NCBI GenBank assembly: GCA_963804795.1
Contig: CAWDRS010000012.1
Coordinates: forward strand, 65,606-129,605
Reading direction: 5' to 3'
DNA from: an uncultured Acidobacteriota bacterium
Lineage (GTDB): Bacteria; Acidobacteriota; Vicinamibacteria; Vicinamibacterales; 2-12-FULL-66-21
DNA: 64,000 nucleotides
The position numbers were made by a program, and so were the translations under genes. Shown here in pieces: positions 1 to 10,831 of this stretch. The notes below the pieces were generated by a model, which saw only the letters and a list, made by a program, of their open reading frames with translations, did no database searches and had not been told where the DNA came from. How positions within the stretch are numbered: the stretch's first letter is position 1; the number at the start of each line of letters is the position of its first letter.

Positions 1-82
1 TTCGCGCTGCCGCTTGGTCAATGGCTGCATGGTCGCGCACTATATGCAAAGGAAAAGCGAAAGTCAATTGCTTTACTGTTGA

Positions 83-111
83 GTAACTTTCGCCAGGTTT
101 CGCTGGTCTAA
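83..111 (+). promoter_or_regulatory. candidate ECF-type promoter upstream of the first sigma factor gene
   Basis: gtAACTTT (83-90), a 16-nt spacer, then TCTAA (107-111). This resembles the GGAACTT-N16-TCxAA layout of autoregulated sigmaE/ECF promoters. It lies about 55 nt upstream of the ORF. Confidence 0.3.
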
Positions 112-163
112 TCTTTTGCGAGTACGTCTAATGGCCAATGTCTCTGCCGAGCCGTGACGTGCG

Positions 164-828
164 ATGCTGACTCGAACATGGACCGGTCATCTGGGTGGTT
201 CCCCGGGCATGCGGGTTCGCGTAACGACGCCCGTGCCGCGCGAGGTTCCGTTCGACGCCGCCTCGAGCGAATCGGCCGCAGTGGACGCCAATTGGCAGAC
301 CGCCGACGATCAGGCCCTCGTCGATGCCTCTCTCGACGGCCGTCCCGGCGCGTTCGACGTCATCGTCGAGCGCTATCGCAGGCAGGTGTATCAGCTCTGC
401 TACCGCTTCGTCGGCAATCACGAAGACGCCAGTGATCTCGCGCAGGACGTGTTCATTCGTGCCTATCGCGGACTGCGCGGGTTTCGCTCTCGCGTCCGCG
501 CTGGGCACGTGGCTGTACCGCATCGCGGTGAACGTCAGCCTCAATCGGATGGCGGTGAAGACGCCGCGAACCGAGGCGCTCGAAGCATCGAGAGCATCGG
601 GACTCGGAGGCTGTGCTGCCCGACACGGCGCTCCTCCGTGCTGAACGAGCCGGAGAAGTGCGGGCCGCCATCGCGCGGCTCCCGCGAAAACAGCGGGCGA
701 CGCTGATCCTGCGCGTCTATCATGAGCTGCCGCATCAGGAAATCGCCGAGATTCTCGGAAGCTCGGTGGGCGCGGTCAAGGCAAACTTTTTTCACGCGCT
801 GGCCAATCTGAAGAAGCTGCTGCAATGA
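164..828 (+). pseudogene. ECF (sigma-70 family) RNA polymerase sigma factor; reading frame broken twice (~480 and ~610)
   Basis: Region 2 (ERYRRQVYQLCYRFVGNHEDASDLAQDVFIRAYRGLRGF) is in frame 2. STWLYRIAVNVSLNRM is in frame 0. Region 4 (RKQRATLILRVYHELPHQEIAEILGSSVGAVKANFFHALANLKKLL) is in frame 1. Confidence 0.75.
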
Positions 829-1431
829 CACACCTCACGGACGCCGAATTCGTCGACCTCCTGGACGACGTGCTGCCGCCTGCCCGCCGCGCGCATCTAC
901 AAAAGTGCGAGGCATGCCGGACGCAGGCCAGCGAGATGGACTCGGTCTTCACCCGTGCGGTCGAGGGTGCGGAGATTCCGGAACCCTCTCCACTCTTCTG
1001 GGACCGCCTCTCTGACGCGGGTTCGCGAAGCTGTCGCCGTGACCCCCGTCCCTACAACGACACCAACGTGGCGCGAGCGGGTGTGGCGGCCCGGTACGGC
1101 GTGGGCTGCAGGTGTGGCATCTGTCGCGCTGGCTGTCGGGATATCCCACTCCATGCTGCCGCGGGCACCGCTTACGCGCCCGACTTCGATCGTCCTCAAG
1201 AGCCCGTCGCTGTCGGGGCCGTACGCGGCTGGATCGGAGCTGTCGGATGACATCGAAGCAGATGACGCATGGGCAGTCGTGCGCAACGTAGCGGACCAGA
1301 TCGAATGGGACGATGCGCATGATGCGGGCATCAGCACACGTCCCGACGCCGCAGAGCGCATGGCGGCGGAGTTGTCCAGGCGGGAACAGTCCGAGCTCGC
1401 ACGGCTGCTCGAACACGAGCTCAAACGGTGA
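825..1431 (+). pseudogene. anti-sigma factor (zf-HC2-like N-terminus, one TM segment); one frame break near 1010
   Basis: ATGA start/stop overlap with the sigma gene. The N-terminus reads AHLQKCEACRTQASEM. After the frame shift there is a TM-like segment, WAAGVASVALAVGI. Confidence 0.5.
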
Positions 1432-2067
1432 GGCGACCGGAAGTGACGAAGACGAATCGCGATCGATGGCTCTCGCTGGTGGTGATGCTCCTGATTGCTG
1501 GAGCGCTCGCCACCGTGCGCGCAGAGGGCCGGCTGAGGGCCACGACGCCGCGCCATGCGTCGCAGGACCCCAGCCCGACGGCGCCGAACCGCGGCACCCC
1601 GCCCGATTCGCCGGATCCGCTGGCGCCGGTTTCGACCGGCGGAGCTCGTCAATATGCTCGATACGTACGCGATCGTGCGGGCACAGGCCGAGCTCACCCT
1701 CAACGATACGCAGTACCCGCAGTTCGTCACCAGGCTCAAGCGACTGCAGGAAGCCCGCCGCCGCAATCAGCGTCAGCGGAACCAGATCCTCCAGGACCTC
1801 CGCAAGCTGACTGGCCCCCTGGCCCCGACGCCGATAGACGAGGCGGTGGTTCGCGAGCGCTTGAGGGCCCTGCGCGACCACGACGAACGAGCGACCGCCG
1901 AAATGCGCAAGGCCTACGAAACGCTCGACGAGGTGCTCGACGTCCGCCAGCAGGCCAGATTCCGGATTTTCGAGGAGACGATCGAGCGGCGGAAGCTCGA
2001 CCTCTTGATGCGGGCCCGCGAGCGCGCGCGCCACGGGACCCGGACGCGGCAGCCGCTAACGACCTGA
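1428..2067 (+). pseudogene. periplasmic Spy/CpxP-like (LTXXQ-type) protein; one frame break near 1640
   Basis: Signal/TM segment WLSLVVMLLIAGALATV, then in another frame a helical region with LTLNDTQ and LDVRQQARFRIFEE motifs. It is the third gene of a sigma / anti-sigma / periplasmic-protein triad. Confidence 0.45.
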
Positions 2068-2101
2068 TTGCAAGAGCCGGCCCTCCGTGTAGAATCGATT
2101 C

Positions 2102-2710
2102 ATGCGATGCTCGACGTCTCGCCGTCCTCGTGGCCGTGAGCGTGGTGACCGTCGGCCCTGCGGTCGCCCGGCAGCGCCCCTCCAAACTGGACTCCGATCG
2201 ATTCGAGGGCAAGCTCACGCGAATCGTGGCGTTCGGCAACGAGAAGCGCGCACGCGCCGGGACCCAGACGACCCCGATCTCCGAGGCCGAGATCAATGCC
2301 TACTTTCGAGCACGCCGCAAAGAGCCAGATTCCCCCCGGCATCGTCGAGCCTCGCCTGAGTGCCTCAGGGCGAGGGACGCGTCAGCGGACAGGCGGTGGT
2401 CGATCTGGATGCCGTGAGAAAGCAGAAGCAGCGGGGCTGGCTCGATCCGATGGCGTACCTCACCGGATCGCTGCCGCTGACGGCGAGCGGCCTCTTGATT
2501 ACAAAGGACGGCGTCGGGCCGGTTCCAGCTCGAGTCGGCGCGAGATCTCGGGAATTTCCGTCCCAAAGTCGCTGCTGCAGGAGCTGCTCGGCCTACTACT
2601 CGCGGACGCCGGAGAACCCGCGCGGCATCAGCATGGACGATCCGTTCGAGCTGCCCGCTCACATCCGCGAAATCCGGGTCGAGCGTGGGCAAGCCACTAT
2701 CTTGCAGTGA
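2102..2710 (+). pseudogene. hypothetical exported protein; several frame breaks
   Basis: Protein-like segments sit in three frames: LAVLVAVSVVTVGPAVA; KLTRIVAFGNEKRARAGTQTTPISEAEINAYF; and LTASGLLITKDGVGP...DDPFELPAHIREIRVERGQATILQ. Confidence 0.25.
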
Positions 2711-2734
2711 GGTTGGCTGCATGCTGAGCGCTGC

Positions 2735-4854
2735 ATGGACTACCTCGCCTCTGCACTCCAATACCTGAAGGGTGTCGGCCCGCGGCGCGCTGCGGATTTG
2801 CAGCGTGTCGGCCTGCACACGGTCGAAGATCTCCTGTATCGGTTCCCGATCCGCTACGAAGATCGGGGTCACTTCCAGACCATTGCGTCGCTCCGCCCTG
2901 GAGTGACCGCCTCGATCGTCGGCGAGGTCGTCAGCGGCGGCGTCAGGCCGACTCGTCGTCCGAGGTTCCGCATCTTCGAGTTGCTGGTGCGCGACGCGAC
3001 CGGCTCAATCCGGGCCATCTGGTTCAATCAGCCGTTCCTGGCTGACATCTTCCATCCACATCAGCGCGTCATCCTCTTCGGGAAGCTCGAGCTGACGTCG
3101 CATGGTCTCCAGCTGCAGAACCCCGCAGTACGAAGTGCTGCGGCAGGAAGGAGGCAGTGACCCGGCCGCGCACGACGGGGTCGAGGACGACACGCTTCAC
3201 ACGGGGAGGATCGTTCCCGTCTACGAGAAGACCGGGAACCTGACGGCGAAGATGCAGCGTGTCCTCGTGCACCAGGCGCTGACCGAGCTTCCCGGACGTG
3301 CTGCCCGATCCGATTCCTCCGGCCGTGCTCGCCCGCCAGGATCTCGTCGACCGCCGCACGGCACTTCAATTCGTGCACTTCCCACCGGAGGGCGCCAGCA
3401 TAGACGAGTTGAACCGCTTCCGGTCGCGCGCCCAGCGGCGGCTGATCTTCGAAGAGTTCTTCCTCTTCCAGCTCGGGTTGATCCTGCGGAAGCGGCGGGC
3501 CGAAGCGGAACAGAAGCCGCGCGCGGTCCGCATCACCGACGAGATCCGTGACGCCGTGCGGCGCGTGTTGCCGTTCCGGCTGACAGGGGATCAGAAGAAA
3601 GCGATCGCCGAGATCGTCGCCGACATGCAGCGGACGTCCCCGATGAACCGGCTCCTGCAGGGCGACGTGGGCTCCGGAAAAACCATCGTCGCGCTGATGG
3701 CCGCAGTGGTCGCGATGGAGAACGGCTTCCAGGTTGCCTTCATGGCGCCCACCGAGATCCTGGCAGAGCAGCACTACATCACGATCCGCAAGCTCCTCGA
3801 ATCATCCCGGTTCCGAATGACGCTGCTGACAGGTTCGACGCCGGCGCGCCAGCGGCGCGAGGCACACGCGGAGCTCTCGGCCGGCTCGATCCAGCTGGCG
3901 GTCGGCACGCACGCGCTCGTGCAGGATCCGATCGCGTTCCGCGAGCTGGGGCTCGTGATCATCGACGAGCAGCATCGTTTCGGAGTCATGCAGCGCGCGA
4001 CCCTCCGCTCCAAGGGGCTGCACCCCGACGTCCTGGTGATGACGGCGACGCCGATCCCCCGGACGCTCGCGCTGACGACTTACGGCGACCTCGACGTGTC
4101 GGTGATGAAGGAGATGCCGCCCGGGCGCCATCCGATCAAGACCATCGCCAAGCCCGAGTCGCGACGGGACGAGATCTATGCCTTCGTGCGCGAGCAGATC
4201 GACGCGGGCCGGCAGGTCTACGTCATCTATCCGCTGGTGGAGGAGTCCGAGAAGGTCGACCTCAAGGCTGCTACTGAAATGGCCGATCACCTCGCGCAGG
4301 AGGTCTTCCAGGCGTACCGCGTGGCGTTGCTGCACGGGCGGATGAAGCCGGACGCCAAGGACCGCGTCATGGGAGCGTTCGCACGAGGGGAAATCGACCT
4401 GCTTGTCTCGACGACCGTTGTCGAGGTCGGCGTGGATGTCTCGAACGCGTCGGTGATGCTCGTCGAGCACGCCGAGCGCTTCGGCCTGTCGCAGCTCCAT
4501 CAGCTGCGGGGACGCGTCGGCCGCGGCCCATACTCGTCGTTCTGCATCCTCCTCTATCAATCGCCGCTCAGCGATCAGGGACGGGATCGCCTCAAAGCAT
4601 TGACCGAGACGACCGATGGCTTCGTGATCGCCGAGCGCGACCTCGAGCAGCGCGGCCCGGGCGACTTCTTCGGCACCCGCCAGTCCGGGATGCCCACCCT
4701 GCGCGTCGGCGACCTCCTGCGCGATCATCAGCTGATGGAAGAAGCCCGCCGCGAGGCGATCGAGGCGCTCGACGACGTGCGGCAGTCGGAGACGCTCGCG
4801 GCTCTCGTGCGGAGCAGTTGGGAACAACGGTTCGGTTTGGTCGGAGTCGGATAG
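2735..4854 (+). pseudogene. recG: ATP-dependent DNA helicase RecG; two frame breaks between ~3110 and ~3300
   Basis: Wedge-domain N-terminus (LKGVGPRRAADLQRVGLHTVEDLLYRFPIRYEDR). Helicase motifs: LLQGDVGSGKT, VIIDEQHRFGV, MTATPIPRTL and QLHQLRGRVGRG. Confidence 0.9.
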
Positions 4855-5005
4855 TCGACCGTCGAGAGTCGGGGATCGGCAGTCGCAGTCGGGTCAACAG
4901 TCCGAAGTCATCATCCTCTTGTAGGATTTTCTGGTTGCTACCTGCGTTACGAACCGACTCCGCGAGCCCCGAGCGCCGAGCGCCGAACCCCGACAAGAAT
5001 CCCCC

Positions 5006-5554
5006 ATGCGCATCATCGCCGGCACCCTCAAGGGCCGCAGGATCGAATCGCCCGACTGGGAAGGGCTCAGGCCGACCTCCGATCGGCTGCGCGAGACGTT
5101 GTTCAACGTGCTCGCGCCACAGATCAGGGACGCTCACTTCCTCGACGGCTTCGCAGGGACCGGCGCGGTGGGGATCGAAGCGATGAGCCGCGGTGCGTCC
5201 CACGTGACCTTCGTCGAGCGCGACCCGCGTGCCGTCGGCCTCATCGAATCCAACCTGAGGCGGGCTGGCGTGAACGACCGCTATGCTATTATCCGGACTG
5301 GGTTTGCCCTCGCGTTCCCGAGCGCCGTGCCGCCCTCGTTCGACATCATCTTTCTCGATCCGCCGTACGGCCGCGCCTGTCTGGAGGATGCGCTCGACGC
5401 GGCGGCGCGGCTGATGACGGACGGCACGCTGCTGGTCATCGAGCACGCCCGTCGAGACGAGTCGCCTGCCGAACGGGGAACGCTCCGGCGGACTCGCGTG
5501 GTCCCTTCGGGCGACAGCGCCCTCGGCTTCTACCGGCGGACCGAGACAACATGA
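5006..5554 (+). CDS. rsmD: 16S rRNA (guanine966-N2)-methyltransferase RsmD
   Basis: MRIIAGTLKGRRI...RPTSDRLRETLFN...DGFAGTGAVGIEAMSRGA...FLDPPY. Confidence 0.85.
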   Translation: MRIIAGTLKGRRIESPDWEGLRPTSDRLRETLFNVLAPQIRDAHFLDGFAGTGAVGIEAMSRGASHVTFVERDPRAVGLIESNLRRAGVNDRYAIIRTGFALAFPSAVPPSFDIIFLDPPYGRACLEDALDAAARLMTDGTLLVIEHARRDESPAERGTLRRTRVVPSGDSALGFYRRTETT

Positions 5555-6051
5555 GCGTGATCGCCATCTATCCGGGATCGTTCGATCCGCTGACCAACGG
5601 CCACGTCGACATCATCCAGCGCGGCGCGCGGCTCTTCGACCGCATCGTCGTCGCGATGCTGCTCAACATGGACAAGGCGCCGCTCTTTACGGTCCCGGAG
5701 CGCGTGGACATCGCGCGTGAAGTGTTCAAAGACAACGCCAATGTCGAAGTGGACACCTTCGACGGACTCCTCGTCGAGTACGCTCGTCGGAAGCACGCCG
5801 GAGTCATCGTGCGGGGTCTGCGCGCCATCTCCGACTTCGAGTTCGAGATGCAGATGGCGCTGATGAACCGGCGGCTCAATCCTGAGGTCGAAACCGTGTT
5901 CATGATGCCGGCCGAGCCGTACACCTACGTCAGCTCGCGTCTGGTCAAAGAAGTCGTCGCTCTCGGCGGATCGGTGTCCGGCCTCGTGCCATCGATTGTC
6001 GAGCGGCGCCTGCGCGAGAAGAAGCTCGCGCGCGCAACGTTGAGGGCCTGA
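5551..6051 (+). CDS. coaD: pantetheine-phosphate adenylyltransferase
   Basis: IAIYPGSFDPLTNGHVDII...ISDFEFEMQMALMNR...SSRLVKEV. ATGA overlap with rsmD. Confidence 0.92.
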   Translation: MSVIAIYPGSFDPLTNGHVDIIQRGARLFDRIVVAMLLNMDKAPLFTVPERVDIAREVFKDNANVEVDTFDGLLVEYARRKHAGVIVRGLRAISDFEFEMQMALMNRRLNPEVETVFMMPAEPYTYVSSRLVKEVVALGGSVSGLVPSIVERRLREKKLARATLRA

Positions 6052-6054
6052 TAA

Positions 6055-7257
6055 ATGCTCGCCACCCGTGCAGGACGGATTGCCCAGTCGCCCACCATGA
6101 AGGTCACGGCGGAAGCCTTGAAGCTCAAGGCCGCCGGCGTGGACGTCGTCGACTTGGGCGCCGGCGAACCGGATTTCCCCACGCCGCCGCACATCGGTGC
6201 CGCGGCACACGCGGCGATCGACGCGAATTTCACGAAGTACACGACGAACTCCGGCACCGAAGAGCTCAAGCTTGCGATCGTCGCGCGCTACCGCGAGGAT
6301 TATGGCGTCGAGTACGCCACATCCGAGATCATCGTGACGGCGGGTGGCAAGCAGGCGCTCTACAACGCCGCGCTCGTCTTGTTCGGGGAAGGGGATGAGG
6401 TCGTCACGCACTCGCCGGGATGGCCGACGCTCGTCGAGCAGATCAAGCTGGCGGACGCGACGCCCGTCCTGGTGCATACGCACGCGGACGAAGGGTTTCG
6501 GATCGGCGCCGCGCCGTTCATCGCTGCGTTCACGCCCCGCACACGCGGCGTCATCATCAACTCCCCGGGGAACCCGACCGGCGCGCTGATGCCGGAGTCC
6601 GAGCTGGCGATCCTCGGAGAAGAGGCCGCGCGCCGCGACATCTGGATCCTCGTCGATCTCTGCTACGAGAAGCTGATTTACGACACGACACCACACAACC
6701 TTCCGGGCGTGCTTGCGCGAACGAACCCCGCACGATCGATCCTCTGCGGCTCTGCCTCCAAGGCATACGCCATGACGGGATGGCGGTGCGGCTGGGCGAT
6801 CGGGCCAACGAAGGTGATCGCAGCCTGCAACGCGCTTCAGAGCCACGCGACGTCGAACGTCTGTTCGATCACACAAAAGGCGGCCACCGCGGCGCTCATC
6901 GGTCCGCAGCGGTGTGTCGGAGACATGCTGGAGGAGTACCGCCATCGCCGGGACCAGCTCTGCGCGTGGCTCTCGGAGGAGCCACGGTTCCGGTTCGTGA
7001 CACCGGCCGGCGCCTTCTATCTTTTCGTCGACGTCTCAGAGTTCCTGTCGCCGGACGGAATCCGCACCTCCGCCGAGCTCGCACACTCCCTCCTGGACGA
7101 TGCGCGCGTGGCGGTGACGCCGGGTGAGGCGTTCGACGCGCCCGGGTTCCTGCGGCTGTCGTACGCGACATCGCTGACCGAGCTCGAACGGGGCACCCGG
7201 AAGATCATCGACTACCTCCGCGCGACGGCAAGCCGACCCAACGCCGTCGCCGGATAG
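6055..7257 (+). CDS. class I PLP-dependent aminotransferase (aspartate aminotransferase-like)
   Basis: GEPDFPTPPHI, INSPGNPTG, and the PLP-lysine motif SASKAYAMTGWRCGW. Confidence 0.85.
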   Translation: MLATRAGRIAQSPTMKVTAEALKLKAAGVDVVDLGAGEPDFPTPPHIGAAAHAAIDANFTKYTTNSGTEELKLAIVARYREDYGVEYATSEIIVTAGGKQALYNAALVLFGEGDEVVTHSPGWPTLVEQIKLADATPVLVHTHADEGFRIGAAPFIAAFTPRTRGVIINSPGNPTGALMPESELAILGEEAARRDIWILVDLCYEKLIYDTTPHNLPGVLARTNPARSILCGSASKAYAMTGWRCGWAIGPTKVIAACNALQSHATSNVCSITQKAATAALIGPQRCVGDMLEEYRHRRDQLCAWLSEEPRFRFVTPAGAFYLFVDVSEFLSPDGIRTSAELAHSLLDDARVAVTPGEAFDAPGFLRLSYATSLTELERGTRKIIDYLRATASRPNAVAG

Positions 7258-7265
7258 GCGGGCGC

Positions 7266-8696
7266 GTGCCCGTCGAAGGCTTCCTCGCCGAGCTCGAAGC
7301 TGTCGTCGGCCCCGCACATGTTCGTACCGACGCCGCCACGCGCCAGATCTACGGCACAGACGCCTTGAAGCGCGGCCATCCGGCCGACGTTGTCGTCTTC
7401 CCGGGCACCACATTGGAAGTCGCAGGCATCGTGCGGGTCTGCGCGGCGTATCGTGAGCCGATCGTGCCCCGCGGCGGCGGCAGCGGCTACACGGGCGGGT
7501 CGGTGCCGGTCCGCGGCGGCGTCGTGCTGTCGCTTGATCGGATGAACCGCATCCTCGAGATCGATCAGGTCAACCTTCTGGCGGTCGTCGAGCCGAACGT
7601 CATCACCGGTGATCTCCAGGACGCTGTGGAGAGGGTCGGCCTGTTCTACCCGCCGGATCCCTCGTCGCTGCGCCAGTCTGCGATCGGCGGCAACGTCGCC
7701 GAGTGCGCCGGAGGCCCGCGGGCGTTCAAGTACGGCACCACCAAGCAGTACGTCCTCGGGCTGGAAGCCGTCCTGCCAACCGGCGAGATCGTCGAGACCG
7801 GCGGCAAGGTGGTCAAGAACGTCGTCGGCTACGACCTGACGCACCTGCTGGTCGGGTCGGAGGGCACGCTGGCCATCATCACGAAGGTGGTGCTCAGGCT
7901 CGTGCCGCGGCCTCAGGTCCAGACGACGATTCGCGCCTGCTTCAGAGACGTCGGCGGGGCGGTGCAGGCGGTGACGAACATCATCAGCGAGCGAGTCGTG
8001 CCCGCGGCGCTCGAGCTCGTGGATGGAGACTCGCTCGAAGCGGTCGCCACCGCGCTCCAGACGCGGTCGCTCGCACCGGAAGGCACCGGCGCGATCCTGC
8101 TGCTGGAGGTCGACGGCGGGGTAGCGGCCGTCGCCGAGGACGCCGAGCGCGTCGAGCGAGCGTGCCGGGATGCCGCGGCCATCGAGGTCCGGCGCGCGGC
8201 AGACGATCGGGAACGCGCGGAGCTGTGGCGCGTCCGGCGTGAGCTCTCGCTGTCGCTGCGGATGATCGCTCCGATCAAGTACAACCACGACGTCGTTGTC
8301 CCGCGCGGCCGCATCCCGGAGCTCTTCGCGCTGGTCGATCGATTGAAGGCGCAGTTCGGCCTCCGGATTCCGTCGTTCGGCCATGCCGGCGACGGCAACA
8401 TCCACGTCAACATCATGTCGGACCCGCAGCGGCCGGGTGAGGTCGAGCGCGCGCATGCGGCCGAACGTGCGCTGTTCGAAGGCGTCGTCGCGCTCGAAGG
8501 CGCCATCAGCGGCGAGCACGGCATCGGCTTCTCGAAGGCTCGGTTCCTGGAGATCGAGCTGTCGCCAGACGAGATCGCGCTGATGAAACGGATCAAGCAG
8601 GCGTTCGACCCTCTGGGGATCCTGAATCCCGGGAAGATCTTTCCGGAACCCGCGGCGGCCGATGCCGCCGTGCGCCCCGAAGGGAAAGCGGTATGA
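7266..8696 (+). CDS. FAD-linked oxidase (GlcD / D-lactate dehydrogenase family)
   Basis: FAD-binding PCMH-type N-terminus (IVPRGGGSGYTGG, GGNVAECAGG). C-terminal FAD-oxidase_C motifs (HAGDGNIHVN, GEHGIG). GTG start. Confidence 0.8.
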   Translation: MPVEGFLAELEAVVGPAHVRTDAATRQIYGTDALKRGHPADVVVFPGTTLEVAGIVRVCAAYREPIVPRGGGSGYTGGSVPVRGGVVLSLDRMNRILEIDQVNLLAVVEPNVITGDLQDAVERVGLFYPPDPSSLRQSAIGGNVAECAGGPRAFKYGTTKQYVLGLEAVLPTGEIVETGGKVVKNVVGYDLTHLLVGSEGTLAIITKVVLRLVPRPQVQTTIRACFRDVGGAVQAVTNIISERVVPAALELVDGDSLEAVATALQTRSLAPEGTGAILLLEVDGGVAAVAEDAERVERACRDAAAIEVRRAADDRERAELWRVRRELSLSLRMIAPIKYNHDVVVPRGRIPELFALVDRLKAQFGLRIPSFGHAGDGNIHVNIMSDPQRPGEVERAHAAERALFEGVVALEGAISGEHGIGFSKARFLEIELSPDEIALMKRIKQAFDPLGILNPGKIFPEPAAADAAVRPEGKAV

Positions 8697-8716
8697 TGTC
8701 GGGTTAGACACCCCAA

Positions 8717-9475
8717 ATGCCAAAGCTTGCTTCCGTCACGCTGATCGCTTTGCTTTCGCTGTCCGGTCCGCAGACGCCGCAGGACGAGGTGGCGGCGCTC
8801 CGGAAAGAAGTCGAGACGCTGAAGGCGCAGCAGGCCGCCATCCAGCGGGACCTGACCGCCATCAAGAACTTCCTGCAGGCGCTGGCCCAGGCACAGCAGC
8901 CAGCGGAAGCGGCACTCGTCAACAAGACGGTCCAGGTCGATGGCGTGCCGACGAAGGGTGCAGCCACCGCGCGCGTGATGATGGTCGAGGTGTCGGACTA
9001 TCACTGCCCGTTCTGCCGCCGCTTCCGCCAGCAGACGCAACCGCAAATCGACGCGCAGTACATCGCGACCGGCAAGCTGCGGTATGCCTTCATCGACTAC
9101 CCGATCGCACAGCTCCATCCCGATGCGTTCCGCGCGCACGAAGCCGCCAACTGCGCGGGGGACCAGGGCAAGTACTGGGAGATGAACGGGCAGCTCTTCG
9201 ATCAGCCGGCGCGCGACGTGCCTTCGCTGGTGGCGCAGGCAGGGAAGGTCGGGCTCAACACGTCACAGTTCAAGAGCTGCCTCGAGGGAGGCAAATATTC
9301 GACGCCGGTGCGCGAGAGCGTTTCGCGGATGCAGACGCTCGGCCTCGACAGCACGCCGACCTTCCTCCTTGGCCTGACGCCATCAGCCGGCCAGCCGATG
9401 AAGGTGCTGAGAGTGGTCAAAGGCGCCGTCCCCTTCGAGGACTTCAAAGCCGTGCTGGATTCGATGCTGAAGTAG
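8717..9475 (+). CDS. exported DsbA-family thiol:disulfide oxidoreductase
   Basis: Signal peptide, a coiled-coil linker, then a thioredoxin fold with the CPFC active site (VSDYHCPFCRRF). Confidence 0.75.
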   Translation: MPKLASVTLIALLSLSGPQTPQDEVAALRKEVETLKAQQAAIQRDLTAIKNFLQALAQAQQPAEAALVNKTVQVDGVPTKGAATARVMMVEVSDYHCPFCRRFRQQTQPQIDAQYIATGKLRYAFIDYPIAQLHPDAFRAHEAANCAGDQGKYWEMNGQLFDQPARDVPSLVAQAGKVGLNTSQFKSCLEGGKYSTPVRESVSRMQTLGLDSTPTFLLGLTPSAGQPMKVLRVVKGAVPFEDFKAVLDSMLK

Positions 9476-9550
9476 GCCAGACCTTCAGGCCGGGTCTACG
9501 TCCGTCTTCACTACACTGCCACCCGTATCGCCGTTCGCTGACAGCGCTCA

Positions 9551-10207
9551 ATGGATCCCCGCACTCGTCAGCTGGCCGAGAAAATCTGGAACTACCATCA
9601 GCTGAATCATCAGCTGGCACCTGCTGACGCCATCCTCGTTCTTTGCAGTCATGACAAGGCCGTAGCCGAACGAGGCGCAGGCCTGTTTCTCGAAGGCCTG
9701 GCGCCGCTCCTCATCTATTCGGGCGGCCTTGGCTCAATCACCAGACACCTCTGGAAAGAGCCGGAGGCCAATCAGTTCGCCGAGATCGCGGTGAGCATGG
9801 GCGTGCCGCGCGAAAAAATCCTGATCGAGAATCGGTCGACGAACACCGGCGAGAACGTCCTCTTCACAAAGCAGCTGCTCAGCGACACGGGCATCGATCC
9901 GCAGGTGTTCATCGTCGTGCAGAAGCCGTACATGGAGAGGCGGAGCTACGCCACGTTCAGAAAGCTCTGGCCCGGGAAGACGCTCCTGGTGACCTCTCCC
10001 AGAGTGTCGTTCGACGAGTATCTTGGGAAGTACTCCAACGAGAGCCTCTCGAGCGACGATGTCGTCAGCATCATGGTGGGCGATCTGCAGCGCCTGCGAG
10101 TGTATGCAGACAGGGGTTTCCAAATCCCTCAGGACATCCCGGATGACGTGTGGCAGGCGTTCGAAGACCTGGTCCAGGCCGGGTTCAATCGTCACCTGAT
10201 CGCGTGA
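9551..10207 (+). CDS. YdcF/DUF218 family protein
   Basis: ILVLCSHD...LIYSGG...STNTGENV, the pattern typical of ElyC/SanA/YdcF proteins. Confidence 0.65.
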   Translation: MDPRTRQLAEKIWNYHQLNHQLAPADAILVLCSHDKAVAERGAGLFLEGLAPLLIYSGGLGSITRHLWKEPEANQFAEIAVSMGVPREKILIENRSTNTGENVLFTKQLLSDTGIDPQVFIVVQKPYMERRSYATFRKLWPGKTLLVTSPRVSFDEYLGKYSNESLSSDDVVSIMVGDLQRLRVYADRGFQIPQDIPDDVWQAFEDLVQAGFNRHLIA

Positions 10208-10296
10208 AGCGCCCGCCGCCGGCCGATTGCCGTTTCTTCACATTCGATTCGAACTTCCGGCCCTGCTCCGCGCCTCTTAGAGGATGAAGGGGAGGC

Positions 10297-10830
10297 GTGG
10301 GAACGTCCAGACAAGAGAAGCAATGGGTCCTTCGGGCCCAGTGTCACGACCGGGAGGCGCTCGAGGAGCTGCTCCGCAGCGTCCAACCGTCTCTTCGGCG
10401 TTACCTGCTCGGCCTGGTGGGCCCTCTGCACGCCGACGACACGGTGCAGGAGGTGCTCATCCTGATCTGCCGCAAGCTGGCCTGGCTGAAGTCGGCGGAT
10501 CTCTTTCGCCCGTGGGCGTTCAGGATCGCCAGCCGCGCCGGCTTCCGGCACTTGAAGAAAGAACGGCGGCGGCTCGATCAGACGGCTGACGAGTCCGTCA
10601 TCGAGAGCCTGCCTGCGCCCGACGCCCGTCCGGCGGACGATCTGCTCGAGGAGCTCCTCACAGACGGACGCGCGTCGCCGGCAAGCCGCGCAGTCCTGGT
10701 CTTGCATTTTCAGGAAGAGATGACCCTCGCCGAGGTCGCAGCGATCCTCGAGCTGCCTCTGGGCACGGTCAAGTCACGACTGGCATATGGCCTGGCGGCG
10801 CTTCGCCGGGATCGCGAGAAGGGAGTCTGA
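10297..10830 (+). CDS. ECF sigma factor
   Basis: Region 2 (ADDTVQEVLILICRKL...FRPWAFRIASR) and region 4 (ASRAVLVLHFQEEMTLAEVAAILELPLGTVKSRLAYGL). Confidence 0.8.
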   Translation: MGTSRQEKQWVLRAQCHDREALEELLRSVQPSLRRYLLGLVGPLHADDTVQEVLILICRKLAWLKSADLFRPWAFRIASRAGFRHLKKERRRLDQTADESVIESLPAPDARPADDLLEELLTDGRASPASRAVLVLHFQEEMTLAEVAAILELPLGTVKSRLAYGLAALRRDREKGV

Positions 10831-10831
10831 G

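Noticed and set aside
4843-4993. An AGTCG-rich tract (five copies, 4843-4893) and a CCGAG-rich tract (4954-4993) after recG. At first sight it looks like another long low-complexity hairpin.
   Set aside because: The complementary blocks are not colinear. GGAGTCGG pairs with CCGACTCC, and GTCGGGGATCGGC pairs with GCCGAACCCCGAC, but in crossed order. No simple hairpin forms, and I could not support a pseudoknot from sequence alone.
10251-10279. GAACTT ... TCTTA upstream of the second ECF sigma gene, considered as an ECF promoter.
   Set aside because: The spacer is 18 nt, longer than the usual 16-17, and the -10 part is weak. It is not supported well enough to list.
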